Source: Eubacteriales bacterium (GTDB lineage: Bacteria; Bacillota; Clostridia; Oscillospirales; CAG-272). From it: a stretch of DNA of 64,000 bases. The notes under the pieces are model-generated. The model searched no databases and was not told the origin of the DNA. It was given only the letters and a program-made list of their open reading frames with translations. Below, in pieces: positions 1 through 8,661 of the stretch (within the stretch, counting starts at the first letter, position 1; every line of letters starts with the position of its first letter). The DNA is taken from positions 13,412 to 77,411 of the forward strand of contig JBGVLA010000192.1 of the NCBI GenBank assembly GCA_045124015.1, in the 5' to 3' direction. Position numbers and translations under genes: made by a program.

Positions 1-1559
1 TGCGGCAAGACCGCTTCTTCCAATTCTGCAATACCGTCGAGCTTACCATCGGCAAGATCAAGAAGTCTGCGCTTACAGTTCTTCACACGAGCGAGAAGTC
101 CGCCGAGGCGCATATCCTGCATCTCAAAGCCATAGGTCTTATTGACCGTTTCCCACTGATAACGGAACGCCGTATAGAACGCTTCCCATTTCTCGCAGAA
201 AAGCGTATAATCGCCTTCCGCAAGCGCGCGAAGTCCTTCCTTATCTCCCTTTTCGTAAAGCGCACGGGTGCGGATACCCAAGTCAAATTTCTCCGTCAAG
301 ATATCGCAAAGCGCCGCCTGCGTCTTAAAGAGATAACCGAACTCGGGATATTTTTCAGCACTTGCGTAAAGGAGCTTCGCATAGTCCGCAAACACCTTAG
401 GATCAACGGGCTTATCGTGATTCTTATCCACAATGCCAAGGAAGGGATCGTTATAAAGACGGTTTTTGGAATAGTTCGAGGAGCCTGTGCCGTATTCCTC
501 GCCGTAAATGTAATTGGGAAGGTCAAGCGCGATCATATCGTCATACGAAACGCCCGTGATCTCGAGGAATTTCGCTTTCATTTCGTCCTCATCCATACCT
601 TCTGCCATTGCCGCCGCGTGCATAAGCGCCGGCAAAACAGCAAAGATGGGGGTTTCGCCGCCGTCATCGCCCCACATCGTGAGAATCGCATTCTTCACGC
701 CGTTGCGGATACAAGCAGGGATCGCAACCTCATTTCGGCGGATACTATAGCGGTTATGCGGTGTGAAGCCACCCCAGCACCATGCGCCGCCCGCAAACCA
801 TACGCGATTCGGAGAAAGCTCATTCGAAAGCGACATCATCGCATCATAAACCGTAGCGTCGGTATTGTAATAATCCCAATAAACGCCCGAAAGATCAGCG
901 GGAACCTTATCGCAGACCTCCTTGGAGATATGATACGTACCGATCTTATCCTTGGGAACGTAATAATCGCCGTCAAGGTCAAGACGGAAGAACATATCGT
1001 TCCACATTAAGGGCTCATAGCCATACTTGCGCGCAATTTCACAAACGCGGTTCAAATGCGCGAGCAAGATCTCGTGGCGGTTATGATATCCGTTGCGATC
1101 GAGATATTTTCCAAGACCGACCATATGTGCTTCGTCCATACCGATATGGATCTTACGGGAGCGGAGCGATCTCGAGAGGGCATCAAACATCGCATCGATG
1201 AGTGCATAGGTACGTTCATCGCCCGCAAGCAAGATATCGTTGCAATCGCAGATCTTTCTGAAACGATCCCAGCGCATCAGCGCATTGACATGCGCCAAAG
1301 TCTGGATACAAGGAATCATTTCCACGCCGAGGGATGCCGCGTAATCGTCGATCTCACGAAGCTCATCCATCGTATATTTGCCGCGCTTATAACCGAAAAA
1401 GGGTTCGCTCGGAATCTCATAGGTATCTTCCGTATAAAGCATCGCGCAGTTATAACCCATTTTCGAAATCATCTCGATAAAGCGTTTGAGGGCGGTCAAA
1501 TTCGGGATGGCATTACGGGAACAGTCGATCATAACGCCGAATTTTTCAAAATGTTTCAT
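1..1559 (-). CDS. Glycoside hydrolase family 20 beta-N-acetylhexosaminidase-like protein, N-terminal part only (ORF runs off the left edge of the window)
   Basis: Absent from the ORF track because it has no stop inside the window. My translation of the minus strand from ATG 1559-1557 (RBS GGAGATGA upstream) reads MKHFEKFGVMIDCSRNAIPNL...KIHIGMDEAHMVGLGKYL...LMWNDMFF with no stop down to position 1. The D-x-S-R and H-I-G-x-D-E blocks match the GH20 catalytic barrel. The + strand ORFs 417..1010 and 1056..1577 look like shadows. Confidence 0.75.
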   Translation of the reverse strand, partial: MKHFEKFGVMIDCSRNAIPNLTALKRFIEMISKMGYNCAMLYTEDTYEIPSEPFFGYKRGKYTMDELREIDDYAASLGVEMIPCIQTLAHVNALMRWDRFRKICDCNDILLAGDERTYALIDAMFDALSRSLRSRKIHIGMDEAHMVGLGKYLDRNGYHNRHEILLAHLNRVCEIARKYGYEPLMWNDMFFRLDLDGDYYVPKDKIGTYHISKEVCDKVPADLSGVYWDYYNTDATVYDAMMSLSNELSPNRVWFAGGAWCWGGFTPHNRYSIRRNEVAIPACIRNGVKNAILTMWGDDGGETPIFAVLPALMHAAAMAEGMDEDEMKAKFLEITGVSYDDMIALDLPNYIYGEEYGTGSSNYSKNRLYNDPFLGIVDKNHDKPVDPKVFADYAKLLYASAEKYPEFGYLFKTQAALCDILTEKFDLGIRTRALYEKGDKEGLRALAEGDYTLFCEKWEAFYTAFRYQWETVNKTYGFEMQDMRLGGLLARVKNCKRRLLDLADGKLDGIAELEEAVLP

Positions 1560-1644
1560 AGTTCATCTCCTGCTTGATTATTATGATAATTTCAGCATAA
1601 CACGAAAAAGCACGATTTGTCAAGATAAATTTCATCTCATATGC

Positions 1645-1677
1645 AAAAAGCACCGCATCGGTCAACCGATGCGGTGC
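1645..1677 (-). terminator. Rho-independent terminator downstream of rubrerythrin
   Basis: 12-bp stem GCACCGCATCGG/CCGATGCGGTGC (1650-1661 / 1666-1677) with a 4-nt loop, followed on the minus strand by a T5 run (A-run 1645-1649 on +). Confidence 0.8.
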
Positions 1678-1784
1678 TTTCAATTATGTCATAAACGATA
1701 ATTCATTCGTCTCTCGCCGTTCCACCTCATTTCGATACCACGAAAGCGACGGCAGGCGAGCATACGGAGACGGCGACGCGCCGC

Positions 1785-2333
1785 TTAATAGTTTTCTTTT
1801 CTGACTTCGAAATAGCTCTGAGGATGGTTGCAAACGGGGCAAACGTGAGGTGCATTCTCGCCCTTCACCATATGACCGCAGTTGCGGCATTCCCAAACGA
1901 CCTCTTCATCCTTTGCAAAAACGGAAACGGTCTCCACGTTTTTAAGGAGTGCACGATAGCGTTCCTCGTGGGATTTTTCGATAGCAGCAACACCGCGGAA
2001 CTGTTCTGCGAGAGAATGGAAGCCTTCTTCGTCTGCTTCGTCAGCCATACGCGCATACATATCGACCCATTCGTCATGCTCGCCCTCTGCTGCATGAAGA
2101 AGGTTTTCTGCGGTATCGCCAAGCTCGCCGAGAGCCTTGAACCAAAGCTTTGCGTGTTCCTTTTCGTTTTCTGCTGTTTTGAGGAAAAGCTCAGCGATCT
2201 GCTCGTAGCCGGCTTTTTTTGCCGCAGACGCGAAATATGTATACTTATTTCTTGCCTGCGATTCGCCTGCAAATGCTTCCCAGAGATTTTTCTCTGTCTT
2301 TGTGCCTGCGTAAATGTTTTTCTTGTTTTCCAT
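1785..2333 (-). CDS. rbr: Rubrerythrin
   Basis: 182 aa. N-terminal ferritin-like di-iron domain ([32 protein letters not shown]) plus a C-terminal rubredoxin-type CxxC...CxxC (CRNCGH...CPVCNH). GGAGG RBS. Confidence 0.93.
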   Translation of the reverse strand: MENKKNIYAGTKTEKNLWEAFAGESQARNKYTYFASAAKKAGYEQIAELFLKTAENEKEHAKLWFKALGELGDTAENLLHAAEGEHDEWVDMYARMADEADEEGFHSLAEQFRGVAAIEKSHEERYRALLKNVETVSVFAKDEEVVWECRNCGHMVKGENAPHVCPVCNHPQSYFEVRKENY

Positions 2334-2356
2334 GATATGCCTCCTACTTATATTTA

Positions 2357-2668
2357 TTATTTCAAAAGTGCCAAAATTTGTTCTTTCGGATATGCGCCGC
2401 GAAGCTGACCCGTCATTCTGCCGTTTTTCATGGCAACGAGCGTCGGGATCGCTTCAATGCGGAATGCTTCCGCAAGCTCGGGTTCTTCGTCAACGTTGAC
2501 CTTGCCGACGAGATATTCGGGATGCTCCTCGGCGATCGCCTCGATGGTCGGCGCGATCATCTGACAAGGACCGCACCATGTTGCCCAGAAATCGAGCAAA
2601 ACGGGCTTTTCGCTTTTGAGAACGAGCGCTTCAAAATTTTCTTTGGTGATCTGAACGTAAGCTCCCAT
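2357..2668 (-). CDS. trxA: Thioredoxin
   Basis: WCGPC active site and typical Trx length. I prefer ATG 2668 ([23 protein letters not shown] 7 nt upstream) over the track start 2686, which lacks an RBS. Confidence 0.9.
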   Translation of the reverse strand: MGAYVQITKENFEALVLKSEKPVLLDFWATWCGPCQMIAPTIEAIAEEHPEYLVGKVNVDEEPELAEAFRIEAIPTLVAMKNGRMTGQLRGAYPKEQILALLK

Positions 2669-2682
2669 CGTGTTTCTTCCTT

Positions 2683-2883
2683 TCATTCTTTAGATTTATA
2701 ATACAAAAGGCAATGACAATAGCCTTCGAAATTCGGGTCTGCAATTTGGTCGCGGAATTCCTTGCACATACATTTGTTGTCCTCGGTCTTCTGCAAACGG
2801 CAGGGACAGTAGCCGTCCTTCTTTTTGAGTCCCTCTTTGATCTTCGCCACGATCTCGGCGTTTTCATTCAAACGAACTGCCAT
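2683..2883 (-). CDS. Small ferredoxin-thioredoxin-reductase catalytic-subunit-like protein (three CxC pairs)
   Basis: 66 aa containing CPC-x9-CMC-x15-CHC. GGAGG RBS. Sits immediately upstream of trxA and rbr on the same strand. Confidence 0.7.
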   Translation of the reverse strand: MAVRLNENAEIVAKIKEGLKKKDGYCPCRLQKTEDNKCMCKEFRDQIADPNFEGYCHCLLYYKSKE

Positions 2884-2910
2884 AGATTTACCTCCTTTGG
2901 ATAAAAAGCA

Positions 2911-4461
2911 TCATTTGTTTTCGGTTTCACCGTCAAAAACAGGAGCTTTTGCGGTCGGGGGTGTGCGGAAATAGATGGTCGCCGCTCCCAGAATGAGATT
3001 GGCAAGCCAAGAATTGATACATTCGGAACGAACGCGCCAACGCCAGTTTCTGCCGAGCGTGGAGGGCTCGTTGACTCTTGCGCGGTTGTCAAGTCCGAGA
3101 AAATCCTGCATCTGCAAGATGACGGTATTTGCAGGCGTTGCGAGCGCACCCTTCATGATCTCCCAGTTTTTTCCCTCATCCTTGTGGAGACGGAAATATC
3201 TCTCGACGTTTTTCACGGTCTTTTCGTCTGCCGAGCCGAGCCAACCGAGGATCGTTTCGTTGTCGTGTGTACCCGTATAGGCTACGCAGTTTTTCGGGAA
3301 ATTATGCGGCAAATATTCGCTGTCGGTCATTTTTGCGCCGAACGCAAACTGAATGACCTTCATGCCGGGATATCCCGTTTCGCGGAGAAGCTCGTATACG
3401 CCCTCCGTGAGAAAGCCGAGGTCCTCTGCGATGATATCGAGCTTGCCGAGCTTTTCATGGATGGTTTTGAAGAAATCGATACCGGGGCCCTTTTCCCAAG
3501 CGCCTTTACGGGCGTTCTTTCTGCCGTAGGGAATCGTAAAATACGCTTCAAAGCCACGGAACTGGTCAAAACGGATGACGTCATAAAGCTTTGAAGCGGC
3601 TTTCAGACGTTTGCACCACCAAGCGTAGCCGTCTTCTTTCATCTTATCCCAACGGTAAAGGGGATTGCCCCAAAGCTGACCGTCTGCCGTGAACGCGTCG
3701 GGCGGACAGCCTGCGACCTTGATAGGTCTTCTGTTTTCGTCAAGCTGGAACTGCTCGGGAGATGCCCAAACGTCCGCGCTGTCGGGGGAAACGTAGATCG
3801 GAACGTCTCCGATGATCGAGATTCCCTTTTTGTTGGCGTAAGCTTTCAAAGCGTTCCACTGCTGATAGAAGAAATATTGAAGCATCTTCCAATACAGAAC
3901 CTCATCTGCAAGACGCTCCTCTGCTTTTTTCAGCGCCGCGCGCTTGTGGAGCTTCAGATCGTCTTCCCATTTATCGAAGGAAGCGCCGCCGTTTTCATCC
4001 TTGAGCGCCATAAAGAGCGCGTAATCGGTAAGCCATGCGGATTGCTTTTTACAAAATGCTTCAAAATCCTCAGGGATTCTTTCCTTGAATCGTGCAAGCG
4101 CTTTTTTGAAAAGCGGGAATCTGCCGTTATAGAGCTTGCCGTAATCGATCTCATCGGGATTTTTACCGAAATCGATGGCATCACATTCTTCTTTTCTCAG
4201 ATATCCGCTTTGACAAAGCAATTCAAGATCGATGAAATACGGATTTCCTGCAAAGGTGGAGTATGCTTGATACGGAGAGTCGCCGTATCCCGTCGGACCA
4301 AGAGGCAAAATCTGCCAATAGCTTTGTCCTGCCTCCTCCAGAAAATCAACAAAATCAAATGCGGCTTTTCCGAGAGAGCCGATGCCGTACGGCGACGGCA
4401 AGGAAAAAACGGACATCAGAATACCGCATCTGCGTCTTTCGAGCAATGGAGTTTTTTTCAT
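2911..4461 (-). CDS. malQ: 4-alpha-glucanotransferase (amylomaltase, GH77)
   Basis: About 516 aa. N-terminus RRCGILMSVFSLPSPYGIGSLGKAAFDFVDFL...SYWQILPLGPTGYGDSPYQ is the classic MalQ opening. Start taken at ATG 4461 (MKKTPLL). Confidence 0.9.
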   Translation of the reverse strand: MKKTPLLERRRCGILMSVFSLPSPYGIGSLGKAAFDFVDFLEEAGQSYWQILPLGPTGYGDSPYQAYSTFAGNPYFIDLELLCQSGYLRKEECDAIDFGKNPDEIDYGKLYNGRFPLFKKALARFKERIPEDFEAFCKKQSAWLTDYALFMALKDENGGASFDKWEDDLKLHKRAALKKAEERLADEVLYWKMLQYFFYQQWNALKAYANKKGISIIGDVPIYVSPDSADVWASPEQFQLDENRRPIKVAGCPPDAFTADGQLWGNPLYRWDKMKEDGYAWWCKRLKAASKLYDVIRFDQFRGFEAYFTIPYGRKNARKGAWEKGPGIDFFKTIHEKLGKLDIIAEDLGFLTEGVYELLRETGYPGMKVIQFAFGAKMTDSEYLPHNFPKNCVAYTGTHDNETILGWLGSADEKTVKNVERYFRLHKDEGKNWEIMKGALATPANTVILQMQDFLGLDNRARVNEPSTLGRNWRWRVRSECINSWLANLILGAATIYFRTPPTAKAPVFDGETENK

Positions 4462-4491
4462 GTATGTAACCAACTTTCCTTGGGTGTATAT

Positions 4492-5805
4492 TTATTTTTT
4501 GGGATATTCGTTTTTATAGTGATGCTTTTCAAAGAAGCTGTCCACGTCGACAACGGTATCGGTGTGTCTTGCTTCCTCTGCCGCAAAGCCGATCAGATGA
4601 TTTGCCACAGAGGTCTGAATATCCGCAATGGAAGAGCCCGTATAGGTTCCGGCAAGATATTCATAAAAATCGCATACGATGCCTGTATCTCCGCCGCCGT
4701 GTCCGCCGACGATGGATTCCTCCGTTGTTTCCTGAACGGGGATCTCCTGCGATCTGCGGGTATCGAAATCATACATATGAATGGTTGTATCGGACATATT
4801 GGCGTAGATCTCCGCCTTGGTACCGAAGATACGGATATATCTGCCGCCCTTATTGAAGGCGTTCATGGAAAAGCTTGCCGTAGCGCCGCCCTCAAACTGC
4901 ATATTGACGACCTGGTGATCGACAACGTCGTTGTTGGCGCGGAATACGCAAAGACCGTAGTCCGTCGTTTTCAAAGCCTCCATCACCTCTTCGTCGGTGG
5001 GCGGGTTGTGCTTGGCGATACCGCGTGTTGCCGCGCTGCGGAACCACTGATTGTTCTTATCGTGATAATATACGTTCAGTGCGTTGTATGTGCAGGAATC
5101 CGCCACGGGACAGGTTCCGTCCGCACAGCGTACGGGTGCACCCTCGGGTGCGTTCGCTTCTGTAAAATACGTCAATTCTCCAAAGGAAGATACCTTTTTG
5201 CAGGGCTTATCGATGAGCCACTGAATGATATCAAGGTCATGACAGCTTTTCGCAAGAAGCATCGGTGTCGTTTCCTTTTCGCTATGCCAATTTCCTCGGA
5301 TATAGCTGTGCGTCTGGTGCAGATCGCCGACTGCTTCCACGTGAAGGATCGACATGATCTCACCGATCTTTCCGCTTTCCACGATGGATTTCACCTTTTT
5401 GAAGAACGGCGTATAGCGAAGAACGTGGCAAACGAGAACGGAAACGCCTCTTTCTCTTGCGAAATTCGCAATATCGGTACATTCCTTTTCGGTCTGTGCC
5501 ACAGGCTTTTCCAAAAGCAGATGATAACCAAGCTCGATCGCCTTCATCGCAGGTGCATAGTGCATATCGTCCATTGTGGCAATGACGGCAATATCCGCCA
5601 TTTTCGGTCTTGCAAGGATATCCTCCCAAGAGACAAAAAGCGCTTCGTCGGGGAGATTCAAATTTTTCTTGAAATCGTTTCTGCGGTGTTCATCGGGCTC
5701 GGCAACGCCGACGATCTTAAATTTTTCGGGCATTCCGCGCATCGGCTTGGCATATGCCCAGCCACGCGCGCCGCCGCCGATAATAATAACGGAAAACTGT
5801 TTCAT
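4492..5805 (-). CDS. Gfo/Idh/MocA family NAD(P)-dependent oxidoreductase
   Basis: Start at ATG 5805 (MKQFSVIIIGGGARGWAYA, Rossmann GxGxxG; RBS AAGGAGAA), then a typical Gfo/Idh/MocA N-terminal fold and a long C-terminal domain. Confidence 0.8.
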   Translation of the reverse strand: MKQFSVIIIGGGARGWAYAKPMRGMPEKFKIVGVAEPDEHRRNDFKKNLNLPDEALFVSWEDILARPKMADIAVIATMDDMHYAPAMKAIELGYHLLLEKPVAQTEKECTDIANFARERGVSVLVCHVLRYTPFFKKVKSIVESGKIGEIMSILHVEAVGDLHQTHSYIRGNWHSEKETTPMLLAKSCHDLDIIQWLIDKPCKKVSSFGELTYFTEANAPEGAPVRCADGTCPVADSCTYNALNVYYHDKNNQWFRSAATRGIAKHNPPTDEEVMEALKTTDYGLCVFRANNDVVDHQVVNMQFEGGATASFSMNAFNKGGRYIRIFGTKAEIYANMSDTTIHMYDFDTRRSQEIPVQETTEESIVGGHGGGDTGIVCDFYEYLAGTYTGSSIADIQTSVANHLIGFAAEEARHTDTVVDVDSFFEKHHYKNEYPKK

Positions 5806-5880
5806 GAAAGGTTTCTCCTTTGATATCTTTTTTCTTTCATTATACCGCATATTTTCGGGATTTGTCAACATCGAATCTGT

Positions 5881-7266
5881 TTACAAAAGGCGAAAATTTC
5901 GGATGCGATGGAAAGTGGAATAATTGCTATCGTGAAAATTTGCGGCGCTGTTCATCGCGGTACGGCAAAGGAGGAAAATATCGTCGCCCTCGATGAAAAA
6001 ATCGGGATATTGGAAGCCGACGTCCTTTGCGTCTGCCTTGTCGCGGAAGTCGATGAGATCCTTGACAAGCTCCCAATCTTCACAATCCTTCGATCTCATG
6101 AGAGAAAGCAAACGGCGGTCGCTGACCTTACCGCCATCGGTGATGCGGCAGATGACGGTATAATAATATCCGCTCACGTCGTCCTTGCGGATCATAAATT
6201 TCGAGTGATTGCCGGGAAGCGCGATGGCGTGGTCATAAACGAGCGGCGCTTCGGGGTCTTGGGTGTTCACGCGATAAGCGAGGACTCTGCCGTAATTCGG
6301 TTTGGCTCTGCCCATATCGTAACGCATGATGTTATAAAGTCCGCCGTCGGGCAAAACGGCAAGCGTGCCCTCAATGTTGCCCGCGCTTGGACCGTCTGCC
6401 GTACCTTTCCACGTCGGGTCATAGGGTGTCGGCTCAGAGAAGAGCCAATTTTCCGCTTTCAAAGGGTCAGCACCGACGGGGAACGAGCCGACCATTGCCG
6501 CGTGCGTACCGAGCGCCCATGCGCCCCATTCCATCGTAAACCACATACGGCCGTCATATATCATCGGAGGCTGCGGATTTTTATGAACGCCAGCCTCATT
6601 ACATTTGCAAGCGCCGCGCAAAAGCACTGTGGGAACGGTAAAGGTCTTGCCGCCGTCATCGGAACGCCCGATGAGCAGGTCGCCGTATTCCGTGGAGCAG
6701 GAGATCATATAAACGCTCTTTTCATAGATGAAAAGTCTGCCCCAAAAGCAGGGATACAGCTCGGAAACGTAATGCCACGTTTTGCCGTCATCGTCGGAGC
6801 GGAAGATGAGCTCCAAATTTTGCGGCGCATTTCCCTTGAAAACGTCCATGCCTGCCAGCAAAAATCCGTCGGGATGGCGCACGATGGTAGGAGAACAGAG
6901 ATAATGTCCCGAAAAGGCGTAGGCATCGTCGTTTGGATGCAGATAGTTGACAACGGCATCACCGACGGCATCGCCCGTTCTCGCAAGACGAGTACGGCTG
7001 TATGCTTCGCCTGCGCGAACGGTGATGGCGTAATCCGTATCTTCTTCCAAGCCTATGATATCACATTCGTTTTGGTATACGGTCAGCGTATTTTTTTCAT
7101 CCACGCCAACCTTTTGATAGGTTACGGTATACGCTGCCTCGCCTATATCGAGCCATTCAACGTGAACGGCATTTTTCGAGGGTGCAAGACGGCAGATATA
7201 AAGACCGCCGAAATCGCGGAGCGGAGGATGATAAGGATGGAAGGTCCAAGAAGTAACGGGTTTCAT
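5881..7266 (-). CDS. BNR/Asp-box repeat, sialidase-fold (beta-propeller) protein with an N-terminal beta-sandwich domain; no signal peptide
   Basis: 461 aa. Asp-box motifs SDDDGKTW and SDDGGKTF are visible. AAAGGA RBS. Substrate not assignable from sequence alone. Confidence 0.65.
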   Translation of the reverse strand: MKPVTSWTFHPYHPPLRDFGGLYICRLAPSKNAVHVEWLDIGEAAYTVTYQKVGVDEKNTLTVYQNECDIIGLEEDTDYAITVRAGEAYSRTRLARTGDAVGDAVVNYLHPNDDAYAFSGHYLCSPTIVRHPDGFLLAGMDVFKGNAPQNLELIFRSDDDGKTWHYVSELYPCFWGRLFIYEKSVYMISCSTEYGDLLIGRSDDGGKTFTVPTVLLRGACKCNEAGVHKNPQPPMIYDGRMWFTMEWGAWALGTHAAMVGSFPVGADPLKAENWLFSEPTPYDPTWKGTADGPSAGNIEGTLAVLPDGGLYNIMRYDMGRAKPNYGRVLAYRVNTQDPEAPLVYDHAIALPGNHSKFMIRKDDVSGYYYTVICRITDGGKVSDRRLLSLMRSKDCEDWELVKDLIDFRDKADAKDVGFQYPDFFIEGDDIFLLCRTAMNSAANFHDSNYSTFHRIRNFRLL

Positions 7267-7354
7267 GGGTGATCCTTTCTTTTTTATATTTTTTCGATTC
7301 TTGTTGCGATATTAACTTTTTTCTTGTTACAAGAAAAAAGTGGAGTACCCTATG

Positions 7355-7384
7355 GAAAGAAAAGGCTTCCCAAGAAGCCTTTTC
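7355..7384 (-). terminator. Terminator downstream of hom
   Basis: 11-bp stem GAAAAGGCTTC/GAAGCCTTTTC (7359-7369 / 7374-7384) with a 4-nt loop, T-rich on the minus-strand 3' side. A second palindromic hairpin lies at 7316-7340. Confidence 0.65.
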
Positions 7385-7391
7385 AAAAAGA

Positions 7392-8537
7392 TCAATACTC
7401 AAACCCTGCAAAGAACGCATCCGCATCCTGCGCAAGCATCTGTTTTGCCGCTTCGTGCATTGCGGCAACGGAAATTTCTTTGGTTACGATATAATACACG
7501 TCTCCGACTTTATCAACGGACGCATAAAAATCAAACGGCATATCCGCAGTGGTACGAATAAAATACGTGCGGCTACACGCATGATTGTCAACGGGCAAAG
7601 CCTCGGATGAGTAAGAAAGCACCGTATCTCCCTCAGCAATGTCGATCATATCCTGCGCAAGTGCAAGCCCCGTCGGGTATTTGCCCGCGCCTTGTCCATA
7701 GAAGGAAAGTCTGCCCACGATATCCCCGAAAAGAGAGATCAGGTTATTATTTTTATTCACGTTCGCTTCGAGAGAGTCCTTCGGAATGATGGTCGGTTCC
7801 ACGAATACGGAAACGCTGTTTGCATTTTTTGTGCCATAACCGAGATAACGAATGGTCTTGCCGAATTTGGCATCGATATATTCCAGATCCGTCTTTTTGA
7901 AATTGCGAAGACTGAACATTTGAATGTCTTCCTCAGCAACCATGGTATGAAATGCAAGATTTGCGGAAAGCGCCGTTTTTCTTGCTACGTCATTGCCGTC
8001 GATATCCGCAGAAGGATCCGCTTCTGCATAACCAAGCTTTTGAGCTTCCGCGAGCGCATCGGCAAATCTGCGGTTATCGCGGATCATCGCATCGAGGATG
8101 AAATTTGTCGTACCGTTCATGATGCCCATGATCTTTGTGATCTGATCGCAACGGACAGCGCGCTTGAGATTATAAAGCCACGGAATACCGCCGCCTGCGC
8201 TGGATGTGAAGCGAAGCGTAACGCCGTTTGCCGCCGCAAGCTCATGAAGCTCCTTATAATAATGACAAATCAGATGCTTATTGGAGCTGACCACGTGCTT
8301 CCCTGCCGCAAGCGCTTTGGAAACGAACGCATACGAAGCAGAAAGTCCGCCGATGGCTTCCGCCACGATCTCAATCTCATCATCGTTCAAAATATCATCA
8401 AAATTGGTCGTGAGAACATCGCCAAGCTCTGCGTGGGGACGGATATCAAGAACACGTTTGACGTGATAACCTGCTTTTTTTAATACTTCATATGCCCCGG
8501 AGCCAACAACACCGAAGCCCAAAATTGCCATTTTCAT
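7392..8537 (-). CDS. hom: Homoserine dehydrogenase
   Basis: Start at ATG 8537 (MKMAILGFGVVGSGAYEVL, NAD-binding GxGxxG). The rest matches the Hom catalytic domain plus a C-terminal regulatory region. Divergent from thrC-thrB. Confidence 0.88.
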   Translation of the reverse strand: MKMAILGFGVVGSGAYEVLKKAGYHVKRVLDIRPHAELGDVLTTNFDDILNDDEIEIVAEAIGGLSASYAFVSKALAAGKHVVSSNKHLICHYYKELHELAAANGVTLRFTSSAGGGIPWLYNLKRAVRCDQITKIMGIMNGTTNFILDAMIRDNRRFADALAEAQKLGYAEADPSADIDGNDVARKTALSANLAFHTMVAEEDIQMFSLRNFKKTDLEYIDAKFGKTIRYLGYGTKNANSVSVFVEPTIIPKDSLEANVNKNNNLISLFGDIVGRLSFYGQGAGKYPTGLALAQDMIDIAEGDTVLSYSSEALPVDNHACSRTYFIRTTADMPFDFYASVDKVGDVYYIVTKEISVAAMHEAAKQMLAQDADAFFAGFEY

Positions 8538-8598
8538 AAAAATATATACCTCTCTTTTGTTGCTTTTGCCAAAAAGTTTGTCTTTCGTGAAAAAACAC

Positions 8599-8627
8599 TT
8601 GCTTTTCTGTGAAAAACAGTGTATCAT
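8599..8627 (+). promoter_or_regulatory. Candidate sigma-A promoter of thrC-thrB-ACT
   Basis: TTGCTT (8599-8604), 17-nt spacer, TATCAT (8622-8627), 35 nt upstream of the thrC ATG. Confidence 0.5.
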
Positions 8628-8661
8628 ATTAAAGAAAAAAAATCAAGAGGTATTTTGAAAA

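Noticed and set aside
417-1577. Plus-strand ORFs 417..1010 and 1056..1577 as the coding content of the first 1.6 kb.
   Set aside because: The minus strand reads as an uninterrupted GH20-like protein from ATG 1559 to the window edge, with a good RBS. The plus-strand products look like antisense artefacts.
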